A stretch of 63,974 bases of DNA from Rhina ancylostomus (Eukaryota), in contig JARFYF010000060.1 of NCBI GenBank assembly GCA_030265395.1, forward strand, positions 21,987,467 to 22,051,440, in the 5' to 3' direction. Position numbers and translations under genes: made by a program. The notes beneath the pieces are model-generated. The model was not told the DNA's origin, did no database searches, and saw nothing but the letters and a program-made list of their open reading frames with translations. This document shows, one piece after another, positions 1 to 12,409 of this stretch. Positions within the stretch are counted from its first letter, which is position 1. Each line of letters starts with the position of its first letter.

Positions 1-60
1 AAGTAGCTGTTCTTAAACCAGGTGGTGTGGGACTTCAGGCTTCTGTACTTCCCGCTCAGT
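1..60 (-). mobile_element. Rex1/Babar-like LINE fragment
   Basis: Similar to the 13060-13115 segment of the Rex1/Babar copy. Confidence 0.6.
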
Positions 61-251
61 GGGGCTCTGAACTGCACCTGGCCAACTAGGTGACTGCAGA
101 CCATTGCTGCATAGCACCTACACTATGTTTTGATAGACCGTCTGGATCTGATGGCTTCTCTCATCACCCGCCAAAAGTGATAGAAGCTGCTGCCTTCCCC
201 TCTCTTTGTTTGGCTGTGTAGCTCTCCCCAGTCCAGAGTATTCTCTATGGT

Positions 252-445
252 AAATGAAAATTTTTTTAAAAACTGAAGATACTGGAAATCTTAAAATAAA
301 AATCAAAAACGCTGGAAATATTCAGCAGGTCAGGCCGCATCTGTGGGTAGACAAACAGAGTTAATATTTCAGTTTGACCTGAAATGTTAATTATGCTTCA
401 GAGATGCAGCCTGACCTGCTGAGTACTTCCAACATTTTCTGTTCT
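252..445. mobile_element. Fold-back Penelope-derived short element with 13-bp TSD
   Basis: Inverted arms (cagcaggtcaggc..gcatct / agatgcagcctgacctgctg). TATTCTCTATGGT is duplicated at 239-251 and 446-458. Confidence 0.75.
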
Positions 446-2535
446 TATTCTCTATGGTTACAAGCTTAGCAGCCAGTAGCCACCACTGAGTTTGTTAGGA
501 TCTCCAGCTGGGGAGAGCTGTACACCCAAACTAAGTGAAGGGCAGGCAATATCTCCTGTCACCTTTCAGCAAGAAGGGATGAGTTGGACCCCGAGGATCC
601 GGGTGGTCTGTCTACACCTGGAGCAGGGGCAACCAATGCCCAGCAATGGCCCACGTTCTCTGTGCATCCCAAGGCACAGCCCTGAGCTCCATTCCTCAGC
701 ACCGACCAGCTGTATCACGTGACCCAGCTGGTCCAACACGCACCCTCACAGGCAGCCTCTCCACACCGTAGAGTGGTTCATTGCTGGGGTTGCACCAGTG
801 GAGGACAGGGATTTGTGTCAAGTTCCCAATGCAACAGCAGTGAGAGCAAGGATTGCACCAGGTACCTGGTGCGCTGCCCAAGAATAGAGGAATGCATGCT
901 TTAGAGTGTTTAGACTCCAGGGCCAATAACACTATATCAAATCAGTGCTCTACTGGGTTATGTCAAGCTCTGTACCAGTGTAATATTTGAAAGAACATTT
1001 TACACATTGGGCATTGGGCCATCAGCAATGGGCATTTATCAGCCTTCCTTAACCTTGAGAAGATTGAGGTAGATTATTTTCTAATGAACATTTGTTTTAA
1101 ATTAATAGGAATTTCCTCTGAGTCTTTTAAATGAATTAGTTTGGTCCACCAATATAAAGGCGCTTGATTTGTTACAGATGTACTCTATTGAGTCTACAAT
1201 TTAAAGTAAAGCTGCCTATTTAATTTTTGTAGCAAATGTTCCTGAAGCACTCATTTTCTTGCATCATTCATTTCAAAATTTTCTGCTGTGAATTGCTGTA
1301 TGTGTGAGGTGTTAATGGGGGCAGTGGTGATCATGGACCAATTTAACCAGCGAGATTTGGGGTTTGAGAATACAAGGGCTGAGAAGAGGGCAAATTAGAG
1401 TGGGTAAATTCTGTCAAAATAAGTACAGAAGTTCAGAAAGAATGTTTAGATTAAGAAGGATTAAAAGAGAAACAAAAAGAAAATGGAAATTTTGTAAATT
1501 TTTAATTGAAGAAATGATCCCCTGTCATTAATTGTTTTGTTTCTTGGGCCTGAAAGGTTGTTAGAAGGAAACATTGTATGTTCTCTTAATTACCTGACTT
1601 AACTTTCTGTGGTGAGTCTGACAAACAATGTGGAAATTTCAGCAGATACAACGTGGGCCATTGCTGGGCATTGGCTGCATATGTGGCTGGTCAATACGAT
1701 AGGTGAAATAGGAAGTTCTGCTTTAGTGAAGCAAACAGGAAAGTGGCACAAATGGTCTGTCAACGTGCAGCAACTCGCCAATTACTGATTATCTTTTCGT
1801 TACTGCAAATTGCTCGTCAATTTGTACATTAACAGCAGCAGGAGTTGTTCACGTGTAGTTATTAATTTCAACACATTCTAGTCCTTGCAGTAAATTGCTA
1901 GCATATTCAAGAAACAAATCTGCAGCAAAAATAACCCCTCTCCCCACCACCGCCTTTTAATCAGCAGGATTAAAATGTTAAAATGCAGGATTCAGTGGCT
2001 TATGTTTCAGAGGAGTTGTGTCTTTGTGATTGTGATACATTATGTTTTATGAATATGTCAATTTGGTTACTTTAATGGAGTACAGAAAAAAGAAGAAAAT
2101 AATNNNNNNNNNTTTCAACCTACAATATTATTTGCTAATTTATAAAATTGAAAAATGGCAGAAATAGTATAGTAGGAAATATTGTGCAAAGGAAATGATA
2201 TCCTTGAACATTGGGCTTTGGCATTGGAGGAAAACATCATAATGCATTCATTGTTATGCAATCTGTCTGAATTGCAGTTCCATTGACTTCAGTAAAACAG
2301 AATATCAGATAAGGTACATAAACAGAAATCTGATGTGATATCGCCCACTTTGTACCTTAATGTCCAAAATCAATTCCACTCCTTTGGCTTTCCATAGGCA
2401 ACAATCTATTCTGACCACCCATCTTAAATCACGGATTGTAAAAAAAACCCTTGCATGTTTAAGTGCGTGTTCCACATAGATTCAAAATGTATATAGATTT
2501 ATATATTAGTGGTTTGCTTCATTGAATCTTTTTAG

Positions 2536-2595
2536 GATCTTATTTCAAGAGTACAGTCTTTAACCCAGAAAATGGAAGAAGAGAAAGTTTAGCAA
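2536..2595 (+). CDS. Weak candidate CEP164 exon
   Basis: Acceptor tctttttag, a purine-rich body and a gtaaat donor (phase 1-1, SYFKSTVFNPENGRRESLA). An alternative phase-0 reading DLISRVQSLTQKMEEEK ends at 2586 with a weak donor. No homology recognised. Confidence 0.3.
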
Positions 2596-3364
2596 GTAAA
2601 TGTGCAGTTAGAAGAGCGACTTTAGGCCTGATCTTGCTTCTCCATCCCACCCCCTCTCATTGCCACACTACCACACTCCTGCCACCCCTCTACCACCACT
2701 TTCCCCACCTCTATACCTGCGACTGTTCAGATCAGAGGACTGAATACATTGCATACCAGAAGCCAACAACATGTTTTCAGTTATAACAGAGTCTCTGATG
2801 TTAGAGTGAAGGAACCCCATCCCCTGAAATGCAAGGGGTGAAAAATTTGAGGTGGGGTTCTTAAACAGAGGTCAACAGTTAAGAACTAGATGTTGAGTAA
2901 TGAGTATTTCTAGAGAACCAACAAGTTTTTGTGACCTGTTTATCTTAATGTAGAGAGAACAATAAGTACTAGAGGATTTAGCTTAGCGGTGATGCAGTGT
3001 ATAACTGAATAGCTGTAAATATTCTCTGATCTGCTTCAGGAACATAATGGTCACCTGTACTTGATTCTGAAGGATAGTTAAATTAATTCTGGATCAATCT
3101 TACAGCAGCTGATGGACAGCGTGGTTTCTGTATGTTTGCCATTTATAAGAACTATACCAAACAGGAATCAACACCTGCAGAGAGACTGGGCAAGGAAAGA
3201 AATGTTCAGATTGAAAAGAATTGGTCTTTAGATCTCACAACTAGGATTCCCAAACCTACAATGTCATGCTGCTATTGTAGAAATTATAATTCTGAAGCCA
3301 CTTAAGATTCATTGTCTTGAGAAAATTGTGTGCCATCGTTTTTACTTCACCTAATCATACAAAT

Positions 3365-3671
3365 ACTGAGAAAGTGCTACTCCATCAGAGGCGTAGCCTT
3401 TACCTGAGATCTGCCATCTCAAGTGGAGGTAAAAGTCCCATGGCTGCATTCTGGCAGTTCTCCCCAGCGTCTGGCTAATATATATCACAATTTACAGTAT
3501 GTCACTATAATATATTAACTGGTCATAGTCTCATTGCTATCTAAGGGACCCCTTTTATGCATAAATTGATTATTATGTTTTGCCACGTTAAAGCAGTTTA
3601 AAAGAATTAATTAATTGCCTGTAAAGCAGAACAGTCGCTTTAGAAAAAGAGGCTATATAAATGTAAGTCTT
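3365..3671 (+). mobile_element. Degraded SacSINE1-like Deu-domain SINE
   Basis: gtaaaagtcccatggc...ttctcccc..gtctggctaatat core and a gctatataaatgtaagtctt tail. Confidence 0.6.
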
Positions 3672-5160
3672 CCTGTTTGGCCTTAAAATGAACTGGTTTC
3701 CAGGGATTCTTGAAACTTGAACACGTCATTTAGAATTTCTGCTCAATATCACTTCCCTGTTTCCTTGGATACAAAGCAACCTCATCAGCTTAGCAAAGTG
3801 CATTTTACCTGCTTGCGATATGGTTTCTAAAGCCAAAAATATAAATGCAGCATAAATGCATTCAAATTCAAATTGAAATTGTATTTTTTTAATTGTCTCA
3901 ACTAATTAATTTGTCAAGAATTCCAGCCAAGTAACCACTACTAACAGCTGACAACACCATTAGTCTTCATTATATTTCTTTTACAAGCTTTTGAAGTACA
4001 GTAATGCAGAGCTTCAAATAAGATTTCTGGAAATCAATTGCATTCAGATTTAATTAGTCTACAGTTACCATTCCTGTAAGTTAATTAGTTCAGTGCCTTT
4101 CTTTAAAAAAAAGTAGTTTAAAGAAGATTAATATTTGTTCTCTGAAGGGCAATTCATTCTTATGGCCTGTTCTTGCCAAAAGCCATCAGCGTTCCTTAGT
4201 ATTTGTAAGATATTTACCTTCCTGATCACTGAACCTATTTTGGAATTTCATGTTTTAACCTTCACTCTTAAAGTATTGTAGAATATTTTATAACCAGACG
4301 ATACAAATGGAAAGAACTGTACTTCTTTTCTCAATAAAGTTGACAACATTATTACATTTGGATACGATATTAAATGTTGTTGAACTTACCTACCGTCATC
4401 TCTTTACACTTTATAAAGAGAGTGCCCTGAAAATTTTGAAACATAGCTTTCCGTTGTGGTTTCTGTTTCTCTCTGGACAAATGGCCACATTTAGAATAAA
4501 AATACTGAGTTAGGTGAGTAGCACTTTTATTTAGCAACACTCTATACCACATAAATATGATGAAACTTTTTTTTCTCCAACCTATTTCCAACTGATAGCC
4601 ATATGATTGGTGGCCATCATTTTGTTCGAGGAGAATACAATCAGCAAGGCTGTACAGTAGCAGGGAAATTGCCAAATACCAGGGAAGGATATAATCAATG
4701 CAGCAAATCTTTTGTGATATCCTGGTCTAATCTAAGTGAGCTATGTTTTCCAAAGGATTGTTAAGTGTATAACAATACACCTGGCATTATGTAAGCTGCT
4801 CCAAGCAAGTCCCTGGCAAAGATACAGTTAGACAGCAGACAGCAAATACCATCTGTAATCTATCCAAGATGTTCTGGCCCATCCCATTATTTTTGAAATT
4901 CACTTTATTGGATGGTTTTTGCTAGGTGTTTATGAGTAACTCATTATTTATTTCATATTTTGATCCTAGCTAGGTGGGTACCTGGTAATAGTAGTAGAAT
5001 ACAAACCAAAATTGCCTTGCTAAGTTTGCAGTTTATTTCTACAACATCATCCCAGCCTATCAATGGAAACACCTGCAGATCGCATTATACAATCCAATCC
5101 AGTGGGGAGCCAAAACACACATATGCATCTGTTCAATGAATTGGCAATCACTATCCTTGT

Positions 5161-5268
5161 ATATTTCAACATGGAATAGCAGTCAAGATTGCATTACAAA
5201 GGTATCCATCATTATTGTTGTGGATACCTTTGTAATGCAATCTTGACTGCTATTCCATGTTGAAATAT
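5161..5268. repeat. Perfect 48-bp inverted repeat with 12-nt loop
   Basis: 5161-5208 is the exact reverse complement of 5221-5268. Confidence 0.97.
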
Positions 5269-6583
5269 CACATTTTCTCTAATTCCAAAGAAAAATGGCA
5301 TTCATATTTAAACATATGTTGATATTGGAACATGTCCCCAATAAATAGTTGCACTAATATTTAGGAAATAGTTTGTCTCTTGAATGTTAGATATGTTTTA
5401 TTACCACTGCTGAATCCCAATGTTATAACTATAGCTAAAGATAAACATCTGAGGGGAATTTTATTTCCCTCCTGATTGGGTGTACCTCTATCAGTTAATT
5501 GGGAGAGACCTGGATGAGCTGATCCATCAGAGGTAGGTTTTGGCCCTAACGCATGTACCACTCCAATGCCCGCATGAGCCTTCTCTTGACAAGGCAGCAG
5601 TTCTGTAATCATCAGTTGCCATGTAGTTCATCTCACTTCCTCAGTTAAAGACAACTGCCTGTGAAACACTAATGTTTAGGAGATGAATTAACTAAACAAG
5701 AGAGCAGCCACTGGTTAAAAAAAACTTACATTTATATTGTGTCTATTAAACATTTCAAAAACGCATGCTTTTTAACTCCAAAATGATATAATTTCAGCAT
5801 CCACTTTACACATGACAATAGTGGGCAAAACAAAAGTTTAAAAAAATCTAATTGATTTGTTTCATTCATATTGGTTAAAGGAGGAATATTAATCAGGACA
5901 TTGCATAGGTTGTGGAACAAATGGTAGAATATTTCAGCATCCAGCTGAACCAGCAAGAGGTGTCATCCAAAAGAAAGATTGGCATGTCCTCATCATTGCA
6001 CGGAAAGATCACCTTACACTCAAATTCTAGAGTGGAGTGTGAAATCACAATCCTGTGAGTGAGATTGGCCAACTGAGCCGTGGTAACGGAAAATGAACAT
6101 GTGTTGAGCCAGCCACTATAGTGTGCTTATAAAAAAGAAAGTGTTCTGTTTATGTAGTGCACTAGGTCAGAGGTGTTTTCCAATTTGGGCAGCTCCAACT
6201 CGGGACACAAGACACTTTGACGTTATATGCAAATAAATTTCTAAAACAACCATCAATTGTAGAATTGGCTAACTGTAATGAGGCAGGGGTAACTTTCACC
6301 TTTGGCATTTTCACAGGTCAATTTAAAATTACTCCCAAGGTTTGGTGTAACATCAGGTAAAAAGTAAATGATTTGGTCATTTAATCATGTAATGAAGTAG
6401 GGGAAGCATTTTCAGAGAATAAAGTGCTAGCTTTATCTTTCCCTTCCCCTTTAATGGATCTGTTAACAGACTGGATAACTCAGAACTTTTAATTTGCCTC
6501 TGATTAAGCAATTAGAACAACAGTAAATAACAAAAGTTTATCAGATACATTTTAAAACTAAGCTCACTTTAATTTGTCCACAG

Positions 6584-6655
6584 GACTCTGAACCCAGCCA
6601 ACAGCTTAAAGATATGCGGGCTTCTGAAGAATCAGATGAAATCGATAACAATTTT
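6584..6655 (+). CDS. CEP164: CEP164 exon DSEPSQQLKDMRASEESDEIDNNF (phase 0-0)
   Basis: Acceptor tttaatttgtccacag, consensus donor gtaagt, 72-nt open frame. Loosely resembles the recalled human ELEISEHMKEPQ..KSF segment. Confidence 0.7.
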
Positions 6656-8074
6656 GTAAGTGCATTATAAACATTGCATATATATCTAAAAGCTAATTTT
6701 GTTGCTCAGAGGAGTTGAAGACAAGATAATTCTTTAAGGTAAATTAGGCTCTTGGCCATCCATCTACAGCTTGTTAACAGTAGCATTATGGTGCAGATTA
6801 CAAAATGAAACTGATTCTGTGGTGAGCATTTTTTTAATGGAGTTGTCCTTTGATTTATATAATTTGCTCTTTTCCAAAAAAATATTTTTTAGAACTGAAT
6901 CACCATGAAAATAATGTAATCAATCTTCTAGCTGAAGAAGCCTTTATTTAACTAGAGTATTGGATCTGCTAAGCCTGCACAATGTTGGCACATGAAGGAT
7001 GACTGGATAACATACGAGGAGGTTGTGGCTATTGTAGCCTTAGCTGACCAGCAGTGAAACACAGGGCAGTAATATAAATTAAATCAAGATGTTCTTGTAG
7101 TTTAATAAATCATAAGATTACAGCTCAAGTGCTTTATAGCTGTGTTAAAGCCTGAATACAGAGACCACCTTGTGTTTGTCAAGCCAATTTTCTCTGCTGT
7201 AGTTTTTTTGTAAATGTTTTGGATTTAATCAAATTTGTGATAAATTTATGAATGGGATCAAGATTTTAGGAAGCTATTTCTCAAATTATTGGTAATAGAA
7301 ACAGTTTGATTTCTAATTGATGTGCATGATCTGAAAATTCCAGCAAGTTGAAGTTAAAGGTTTAAGGTGTCCTAGATGTAGGTGGATATCCTACATTTCC
7401 TCACAGGACAGGAAATCTGCTATAATTGGCCCTAGCATCCTCAGCAGAGGTTTACCAGCATTGGCCAGGATTCCTTCTTGTGGTGGCTTTTCAGTTATTA
7501 TTGCTTATAAAATAGAGATGTTACGTTGTTAGATTGGAGTAGGATTAAGCACAGCAACCTACTGTAGAGGAACTCATTGGCACTTATGTGCCTCATGAAC
7601 AGAAATGCCCCATTTGATAAGCTGATAGAGTCAAACAACGGGGGAGAAGGCTGCTAAATAGTCACGTTTTATAAAAGAAACAGGGGCAGCTTTCTGCTCC
7701 ATATTTCTTTGTTTGAAACTTTCCTTATAATTTAATTGCAAAACTTCATGAAAGTGTGGTTAAGCATGTTTTATTTAAATTGTTGATTACTACATTCTAC
7801 AGAGACTTGTTTTAAAAGATTAAGTACCCTTGCAGCTGTGCACTATTTAAATATACAAAACTAACAGATTGATCCCTCAGCCTGCTTCAGATAAGCTTTT
7901 TGAATATCTTAATATCCTGGCCTGATTTCACTGCAGTTCTTTCTTATTCCAGATTTCATGTATACTAAAATGTCGGGCCCTGGTATATAATTAAATCTAT
8001 TTAAAATGCAGTAAGTGTAGGCACATGGAGGAGAAGAAGAGTTAAGCCCCTTTAACATCTGCTCTGCTCTGCAG

Positions 8075-8107
8075 GAAGTGACATCGCCACCTGCCAGTGG
8101 GAACAGG
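8075..8107 (+). CDS. Candidate 33-nt cassette microexon EVTSPPASGNR
   Basis: tttaac branch-like site, pyrimidine tract and cag acceptor; AGG|gtacgc donor; phase 0-0. Confidence 0.35.
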
Positions 8108-8715
8108 GTACGCCACATCACTGTTGATGGGAAAGCATAAAAGTATTTGTAAATACTAATGAGCACTCTGTCAAGCTACATATAGAGCAATGTGGTCAAC
8201 TGACGAAGCTTCATACTACTTTCTCCTGGGTTTTAAGTGCACTATTATTTTGTTAAAGTACAAGATTAACTTTTTGTGTTGTTTCTCTTATAAAGGCACA
8301 CTGCATTTCGTATTTCAGATTTAATTCCATCAAAAACTAATGAATCATAGAAATTGTTAAAGCAAGACCAGAGCATAAAAAAACATGTACATTGGGTTTT
8401 GTGTCTTCCTTAAAACAGTATATTCTGCCATTGAACAGTTGTCTGTATGATCACATGTTACATTTCCACAGAAGAAGCTTCTAGTTGTTCTTGTGCGTTT
8501 GGGAAGAGGTTTGGAGTTTGAAATTAGCTGCCTGCCCCATAGAAAGAAGAAAAATCAAACCTGGTTTTTATTAACAGTTAAAATAACTTATATCCATCCT
8601 GTCAGGCGGAGTATGTGAATCAGAAAATAAGGGAATGGAGTTCACAGTAAATGTTTCACTTATTTGTTTTTGATACAGTACCACAATTCAATTGGAACCT
8701 TCAGTATTCATTTGG

Positions 8716-9082
8716 AAGCAACAAATTGAGAAAGTAAGGAGGCATGGGATCCAAGGGGACATTGCTTTGTGGATCCAGAACTGGCTGGCCTGCAGAAGGC
8801 AAAGAGTAGTTGTTGGAGGGTCATATTCTACATGGAGGTCAGTGACCAGTGGTGTACCTCAGGGATCTGTTCTGAGACCCTTACTCTTTGTGATTTTTTA
8901 TCAACAACCTGGATGAGGAAGTGGAGGGAGGGGTTAGTAAGTTTGCGGATGACACAAAGGTTGGAGGTGTAGTGAATAGTGTGGAGGGCGGTCAGAAGTT
9001 ACAGTGGGACATAGATAGGATGCAAAACTGGGCTGAGAAGTGGCAGATGCAGTTCAACCCAGATAAGTGTGAAGTGGTTCAT
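8716..9082 (+). mobile_element. CR1 LINE RT fragment running into the N-gap
   Basis: WIQNWL..RRQRVVV, SGVPQGSVL, KFADDTKVGG and WQMQFNPDKCEV motifs, frameshifted. Confidence 0.92.
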
Positions 9083-9892
9083 NNNNNNNNNNNNNNNNNN
9101 NNNNNNNNNNNNNNNNNNNNNNNNNNNNNNNNNNNNNNNNNNNNNNNNNNNNNNNNNNNNNNNNNNNNNNNNNNNNNNNNNNNNNNNNNNNNNNNNNNNN
9201 NNNNNNNNNNNNNNNNNNNNNNNNNNNNNNNNNNNNNNNNNNNNNNNNNNNNNNNNNNNNNNNNNNNNNNNNNNNNNNNNNNNNNNNNNNNNNNNNNNNN
9301 NNNNNNNNNNNNNNNNNNNNNNNNNNNNNNNNNNNNNNNNNNNNNNNNNNNNNNNNNNNNNNNNNNNNNNNNNNNNNNNNNNNNNNNNNNNNNNNNNNNN
9401 NNNNNNNNNNNNNNNNNNNNNNNNNNNNNNNNNNNNNNNNNNNNNNNNNNNNNNNNNNNNNNNNNNNNNNNNNNNNNNNNNNNNNNNNNNNNNNNNNNNN
9501 NNNNNNNNNNNNNNNNNNNNNNNNNNNNNNNNNNNNNNNNNNNNNNNNNNNNNNNNNNNNNNNNNNNNNNNNNNNNNNNNNNNNNNNNNNNNNNNNNNNN
9601 NNNNNNNNNNNNNNNNNNNNNNNNNNNNNNNNNNNNNNNNNNNNNNNNNNNNNNNNNNNNNNNNNNNNNNNNNNNNNNNNNNNNNNNNNNNNNNNNNNNN
9701 NNNNNNNNNNNNNNNNNNNNNNNNNNNNNNNNNNNNNNNNNNNNNNNNNNNNNNNNNNNNNNNNNNNNNNNNNNNNNNNNNNNNNNNNNNNNNNNNNNNN
9801 NNNNNNNNNNNNNNNNNNNNNNNNNNNNNNNNNNNNNNNNNNNNNNNNNNNNNNNNNNNNNNNNNNNNNNNNNNNNNNNNNNNNNNNNNNNN

Positions 9893-9925
9893 TACGTGCT
9901 AACCACTACACTACCATGCCTGCCC
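9893..9925 (-). mobile_element. 5' head of a tRNA-derived V-SINE (rest in gap)
   Basis: GGCAGGCATGGTAGTGTAGTGGTTAGCAC resembles the head of the 62590-62826 SINE. Confidence 0.65.
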
Positions 9926-9938
9926 TCAAAGATGCAAT

Positions 9939-10009
9939 TGCATTGGCTGGGAATCAAACCCAGGCTTCCCGTGTGGCAGGCAAGAATTCTACCAATGAAC
10001 CACCAGTGC
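9939..10009 (-). pseudogene. tRNA-Gly(GCC) pseudogene
   Basis: The reverse complement GCACTGGTGGTTCATTGGTAGAATTCTTGCCTGCCACACGGGAAGCCTGGGTTTGATTCCCAGCCAATGCA (71 nt) differs from canonical vertebrate tRNA-Gly-GCC at 8 positions. Five are CpG transitions, including T-loop TTCGA>TTTGA. Confidence 0.9.
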
Positions 10010-11419
10010 AAGTGATTTGGTTGGGGGTTAATTTTTCCCTCATCATCAAGAAAGCTCCCCTGTTGCTCTTCCAGTGGTGCTATTGTATCTTCTCCCTCCA
10101 CCTTGGCTGGCAGATGGAATCTTTGTTTCATGTCCCATCACAAAGAGAATGTCACTAACGATACAGCACACCTTTTGTACTGGCTAAATTGTTAGGTGAC
10201 ATTACGTGACTCGAACTCTAAAATATTTCTTGAACCCACCATCTTGTAAATTGGCGGGAAGAATATGCTAACTGAATGAGGATGGGAAATGGTTATAATA
10301 ATGCAATGCTACTTCTATTGCCTTCTCAGCGGAACAGATTTTGATATCATTGTACATTTTGCAGCTCTCCTCAAAATGTACAATGAAACAGAAAAGCATT
10401 GCAGAGCACTGTACATTCTGGACTAGCAAGGAGCATGTCCCTCGTCAGTGCAACAAACATTGTAACCATAGGCCCTTCAATCGCAGGGGTTTTAGCTATG
10501 AATTTTCTTGTGTAATTTATGGTTATAAAAATATACAAGTGATAACTTTGATTTGGGATAAAATGCCTATATATACCAGGAAACCTAATCATGTAAAATG
10601 CCACAGAGGTAGCAAGAATGCTAATCGTGGTGATTTTTCAGTATTTTAAAGTTGCCACTGTATGAGAAATGATGCTGTTGGTTTTGTTGGCCCAAAGGCA
10701 TACTGCAGTATTTGTAATAGCAGTCCAATCTTTCTCTTTAATGTCACTTTCCCTTCACCTGCTGTGCAGTTAACATTACCTGACAATCATTTGAGGACCA
10801 TTATAGCACTTTGCCATACACTTATGAATGAGCAGATCTTTTTGTGCTGTTCAGGGTTCAAAGGACACTTGATGCTTATGGGCCTATTGGCTCCCCATAA
10901 TCGTCTTGCACAATTTTGTCTACAATGACTGCAAGTCCCAATGTGTCCAAGTGAAGATGGCCTGAAGAAAAGCAGATAATTTCTTACAAAGCAGAAGGCC
11001 ATAAATCTCTCTTTGTTCCCCAACAGACCATTGTCTTCACCACTGAGATTGTTGCTGTTGTGGTTGTGCTTGAATAAGGAAATTAATTCATTTGTACTAA
11101 AATACTTACTGATATGCCCCAGTTTAAAAATTAATATCTAAGTATGTCAGATCCATCAGAATTAACAGATCTACATTTTTTTTTACATTTGGTACAATGT
11201 GACATTCTGCAGGGATTTGATTACAAAATCTAGGTTGACACTTTGGTGCAGTTCTGAGGGAGTTGAGATGTTATTTTAACTTCTCTACCAACCTGTTGGA
11301 ACTCTGGTCTTCAATAAGATATTAAGCTGCTGCTCTGTCTAAAATCTCGATTAATGTAAAATATTCATAGCCCTATGATGAGAAATTAGTTCTCTTCAGC
11401 ATCAGAAGTTATTGCAGAA

Positions 11420-12402
11420 AATAAAAACTTGCAATGTAGGGGGCAATATATTGGCATGAATAATATATTGGCTGGCTGCCAGGAAACTAAGAGTTGGCAT
11501 AAATGTCTCTTTTTATAGCTGGCAAGATGTAAAAAGTGGCATGCTGCAGGGATTAGTGCCAGGGCTTCAACTACTTGAAATTTATATAAATGACTTGGCT
11601 GAATGAGGTTGATTAATTTGCTGATGACACAGAGATAAGTGGGAAAGTAATTTGTGAAAAGGATGTGGCGAGTCTACAAAGGGATTTTGATGGGTTCAGT
11701 GAGTGGGTAAAGATCTGGCAAATGGAGTAGACAATGGGAAAGTGCAGAATTGACCATTTTGGCAGAATAAAGAGGGATAATACTTTAATGGTGAGAGATC
11801 ATAAGGCTCTGAGATGCAGAGGGATCAGGATGCATAATTTGCAAAAGGTTTATGTGCAGATACAGCAACAAATTAGGAAAGCTAGCAATGTTATTGTATA
11901 TTACAAGAGGAATTGAATACAAAAGTAGGGAGGCCTTGCTTCATTCACAAAAAAGCAATAGCTAGACCACATCTGGAATACTGTGTACTGTATTGTACTT
12001 TTTAAGAAAACAATTCAAAGAAGGTTTACTTGAGCTGGAATGGCAGGCCTTCTTTGAAGAAAGTTTGGACAGGCTATGCTTGTATCCACTGGTGTTTAAA
12101 ATATTGAGAAGAGGTCTGATTGCAATGCCTAAGATCTTGAAGGATCTTCACAGGGTTGATGTGGAGAACTTGGTGGGGGGGGGGGTGGTCACTGTTTTCA
12201 AAAGAAAGTTCCATCCAGTTAAGACTGTGGTGAAATCAAATTGTTTTTTCTCTGTCGGTGGTCTTGAGTCTTTGGAGCTCACTTCAAAGGGAAGTGAAGC
12301 AGAGGTAGATAAGTTCTTGGTAAGCAAGGAGTTGAAAAGTTGTTGCAGGAATGTGGAGTCAAGGTTACATTTGATAATAGATGGTGGAGTAGTCTCGGGG
12401 GC
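11420..12402 (+). mobile_element. Degraded CR1 LINE 3' part (tail resumes at ~15036-15082)
   Basis: FADDT, W..IWQME and RPHLEYC remnants. The CR1 3' UTR is split by later insertions. Confidence 0.8.
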
Positions 12403-12409
12403 AAAATAT

